From Balanoglossus misakiensis (Eukaryota; Animalia; Hemichordata), in the NCBI GenBank assembly GCA_040954595.2, contig JBECUI020000054.1:1-59237 (forward strand): a stretch of 59,237 nt of DNA, read 5' to 3'. The position numbers and the translations under genes were made by a program. The notes under the pieces were generated by a model. It was given only the letters and a program-made list of their open reading frames with translations, had not been told where the DNA came from and did not search any database. This document shows, one piece after another, positions 55,776 through 59,237 of this stretch. Positions within the stretch are counted from its first letter, which is position 1. Each line of letters starts with the position of its first letter.

Positions 55776-58700
55776 TTATTTAGTGGCTGTCTTGTTGAAA
55801 TAAGCTGACCAGGAGGCATTCTTCTTGATGTTAATTTTATCTCTCTGCGAACGAAATTCATACAGGTATAATAAGATTGTTTTCTGCACAAAGAAAACGC
55901 ATCACAACAAAAGACATACAACGGTTTCCACATAAAAACCCTACAAATCTGTCACTTTTTTTCCCATTGGGACATGACAAATCTTCACAGAGACATGGAC
56001 CATTCAAATATTGTTCTTTTTCCGGGGGAGGGAGGGAGGGAATAAACTTACTTGAATTTATTATGAGTGACTCTGCACAATATATACATTATTAAACTTA
56101 GTTTATAAATTAGGGTGGCATCTGGGAACTGTCCACCCTAATTTTTCAAGAAAATCACAATAGCGGTTAAAGGGACAAAGTCTCTCTCTCGTTGCCCTTT
56201 TTCCGTTAATTATGTTTGATTCAAGACACCATCCATGTTATTCTACATGTGGATATATAGTGAATGAACGTTCAACCACACACAACTTCCATCCAACTTG
56301 TAGGCACAAGAGTGAAAAACTCGCCAAAATGAATAATCAGTCTCTACAATTTATTCATTTTAGGAGAGTTTTTACTCTCATATCCTACAAACGGGATGGA
56401 AATTGTGTGTGGTTGAACATTGATTCACTATATATCCACATGTACATTAACATAAATGGTGTCTTGTATCAAACATTATTAATGGGAAAAGGGCAGCGAG
56501 AGAGAGACTTTGTCCCTTTAAACATTTACCACAAAATGCAAATCAGTGGAAAAAAAATATACATGTACCAGAAGTATTACTAACCTCTTTTGGACTGAAG
56601 TGAAGTATCGTCATAATTGCATTCAACATTCTCAGTTTTCCTGTGTAATCATCACTCATCATATAGTTGTAAATAACATTCTTCAAATATTCTAAATTTG
56701 CACTCTCTCGAGACCTGAAAGTGAATAAAATGACAGTGTATACATAAAACCAGAACACTATGTAGCCAGTGAAAAGGGATTCGTGTAATGTGTGTTAAAT
56801 TATTTTCAGGTTCTGATTCAGAATCTATTTGGCATTTTTTCTGAATCTGCACACAGGCTAACTTGTTGTCTGGCAGAGATTCTGTGATTTGTGTTCTTCC
56901 ATGTCTATCACAGCTGGAAGAGACGCAATGTGAATATCAGGGTCTGGACGTTCTTGCAAGCGACCAGCAAATATCTCACCTGAACGTTACAGAACTCTAG
57001 GCATCCGAAAACCAGAAATAAATTGTACACTAACTGAATCAGAGGCCATACTAGGCTGATGTCACCTTCAAACAACCATGGTGAAGAGGCAAGAAATAAG
57101 GATGTACTGTAAAACACTTTTTTTTTCGCGAGCAATAAATTTACGCGAAATACGCGAGAGCCAAAATAGCGTGAAAATAAAAAGTCGCGTAATTTTTTTT
57201 GAAGATAACGATGCAGTGAATGAAATAAGAGAACTCAAAAATTAATACTCGCAAAACAGTGGCCTCTCTCAATATCGAGAAAATTTCAACTCGAGAAAAT
57301 AAAGTGTTTTACAGTATCTTTTGACTTGCGTTTGATAAAAGGCATTCTCGTATTAGATCAAAGAAATTTCATCTTACTGGCTTCGTTCAAGTCTGTTCAC
57401 TTCATCCCCTAATTTTTCAAGTTCTTCATGAAACTTCTGCTCAGACGTGACGCACTTGTCTTGGAGTTGTCTCAGGGCTGTTTCCAGCTGGTGTTTCTGT
57501 TTTCGTAGGGTGTTTATTTCCACATCTTTTCTTGCTTGGACATCGATGTGATGTAGAATTGCAGTGTCGCCGCCTTGTGTCTGTCATGATAGACGGAAAG
57601 TGGTTTATTCTTTGGACTGACAGACGAGCCAAATGAATGAATAATTGAATGAGTGACTGAGTGAGTGAGCCTCGTAAACCGAAACAAAAGTAAAAAAAAA
57701 AAAACAATGTCAAAAATACAAATTTTTTGAAAATTGTGAGAATCACGCAAGAACTTTGACGTCATTCTTCTACACTACGGCGACCAATGATATATAAAAA
57801 ATTGCAAAATAAAAAAATTTCCCTGCCTACCTACCCTATTTTTGAAAACCATGTAATCGGAACAGCACATATTTTTTTATTTGGCCTAAACAATATACAA
57901 TGAAATATTTTCTTACTGCGTTAAGATGTGTTTGTGAAAGCAACTCTGTGATGCTGGGTTCACTGTCCGATGGATGGATGTCGTCGGCTGACCCACTACT
58001 GGTATGTGTTAAATCCGGAGCTGAATGTCTGGAACCCATTTGGTAATCCCTGTCAAATCAACATATCATTAACATATTTCTGGCATACGGCTAGTATCTC
58101 ATTAGCATATTTTGGGCAAATGCTTAAACTTATCGTCAGCATATTATAGGCAAATGGCCCAACATAACATTAGCATATTCTTGGCAAATAGGCAAACATC
58201 TCATTCACAATTTCGGACAAATGCTTAACCCTTTCACCCCTATTTTCCTGTGTAAAGGTCCAGCCTGGCTTTCGAAAAGAATAGGGTTGGATCAAACCAT
58301 GATGGTGAAAGGGATAAACATATCATTAGCATGTTATTGGAAAATGGCCAAACATATCGTTAGCAGATTTTTCGGCAAATGGCCAAACATATCATAGCAA
58401 CTATCACAACAATTAACCTTTTAATGGCTGGTGACACTCTTCCAGTGTGAATGATGGCAAATAGTTTGTTATTAAAGGTACACAGTCACATCCAATTTAC
58501 ATATGCCCATATATGGCTGAAATGGCGTATTTGAGCATTTTAAAGAACATTTGGTGCCACCCGCTGAAAATCTGTGATTGGCTAGATTTCAATTTGCCAT
58601 GTTAACTATATCTAATTTTCCATAGGTGACTGTATACCTTTAATGGAACAAGGCCATCATTGGAGATTTAGCCACAGTTAAGCCAAGCTAAAAAAAAACA

Positions 58701-59237
58701 TGGACTTTTAACCATACATGGACATAATGTAAATTAAAAGTGATTTTGTTTCTTTTAGATGTTTTTCTTTGTATATTTCTTACCCTCCGTAAGCACCGTA
58801 TGTTTGTTGTAGTTTCTGTTTCATAACTTCAATTTCCCGGTCTTTTTCTTCAATCAATGCCAATGTCCTGTCTCTTTGTCTGTGTACCTGTTCTTCTAAC
58901 TCTCCAACTTTGTGCTTTAAACAAAAGTATAAAATATTTCAGTGGCCAAGTTAGCCACAACTTCTCATCAATATTAAAGGGACAAAGTCTCTCTCTTGCT
59001 GCCTTTTTTCATGAATTATGTTTGATACAAGACACTGTTAATGTTATTCTAAATGTGGATATATAGTGAATCAACGTTCGACCACACGCCACTTCCATCC
59101 CGTTTGTATGATTTGAGAGTAAAAACTCGCCCAAAATGAAGTAAAACACAATACCTTATATTCGGCTTCTGCAATGGCTAATTCTTCTCTGTGATGTTCT
59201 TCTAAACCTTTCCTTTCGGAAACCATATTGCCAATCT
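55776..59237 (-). CDS. GCC1: GRIP and coiled-coil domain golgin GCC88; last six coding exons (5' part outside the window)
   Basis: Phase-consistent exons >59237-59155, 58914-58784, 58049-57917, 57580-57378, 56714-56585, 55844-55776. They give ELEEQVHRQRDRTLALIEEKD..., ARKDVEINTLRKQKHQLE..., QSRESANLEYLKNVIY...ILHFSPKE...ASW, which match my recollection of the GCC1 C-terminus better than other GRIP golgins. Confidence 0.88.
56167..56521. mobile_element. MITE family 1, complete copy in the last GCC1 intron
   Basis: TTAA|AGGGACAAAG ... CTTTGTCCCT|TTAA. Confidence 0.9.
57105..57316. mobile_element. TA-flanked MITE in a GCC1 intron
   Basis: TA|CTGTAAAACACTTT ... AAAGTGTTTTACAG|TA. Confidence 0.8.
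58060..58400. repeat. Degenerate ~33-bp minisatellite in a GCC1 intron
   Basis: Recurrent AACATATCATTAGCATATT..GGCAAATGG units, interrupted by a small TTAA MITE. Confidence 0.65.
58472..58643. mobile_element. MITE family 2, complete copy
   Basis: TTAA|AGGTACACAGTCAC ... GTGACTGTATACCT|TTAA. Confidence 0.85.
58974..59145. mobile_element. MITE family 1, half copy
   Basis: TTAAAGGGACAAAGTCTCTCTC start; similarity stops near the palindrome centre. Confidence 0.8.

Overview
Eukaryotic (animal) genomic DNA, AT-rich, with spliced genes, microsatellites and many MITEs. The gene and TE content suggests a marine invertebrate, probably a non-vertebrate deuterostome (inference only). The main structure is a minus-strand cluster of intronless TRIM-NHL genes (RING-Bbox1-Bbox2-coiled coil-filamin-NHL) in apparent birth-and-death evolution: four intact copies (8048-10240, 18073-20742, 22729-24921, 41681-43909), one copy truncated by a transposon (4351-6066), one frameshifted pseudogene (37717-39916) and two relics. 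Differences among the youngest paralogues concentrate at the NHL propeller loop positions. The cluster also carries (i) a fold-back DNA transposon of more than 4.4 kb, built from two convergent 5' ends of an Academ-like element, (ii) an intact, very young Gmr1-type Ty3/gypsy LTR retrotransposon (PR-IN-RT-RH order, tRNA-Pro PBS, ACAG TSD) 20 bp past a TRIM stop codon, and (iii) a 9-exon proteinase-K-like subtilisin gene with an unusual duplicated Cys-rich C-terminal module. The window ends in the last six coding exons of GCC1 (golgin GCC88). Two minimal hammerhead-ribozyme motifs of the Penelope-like type lie next to microsatellites. All coordinates were read by eye and no database searches were run.
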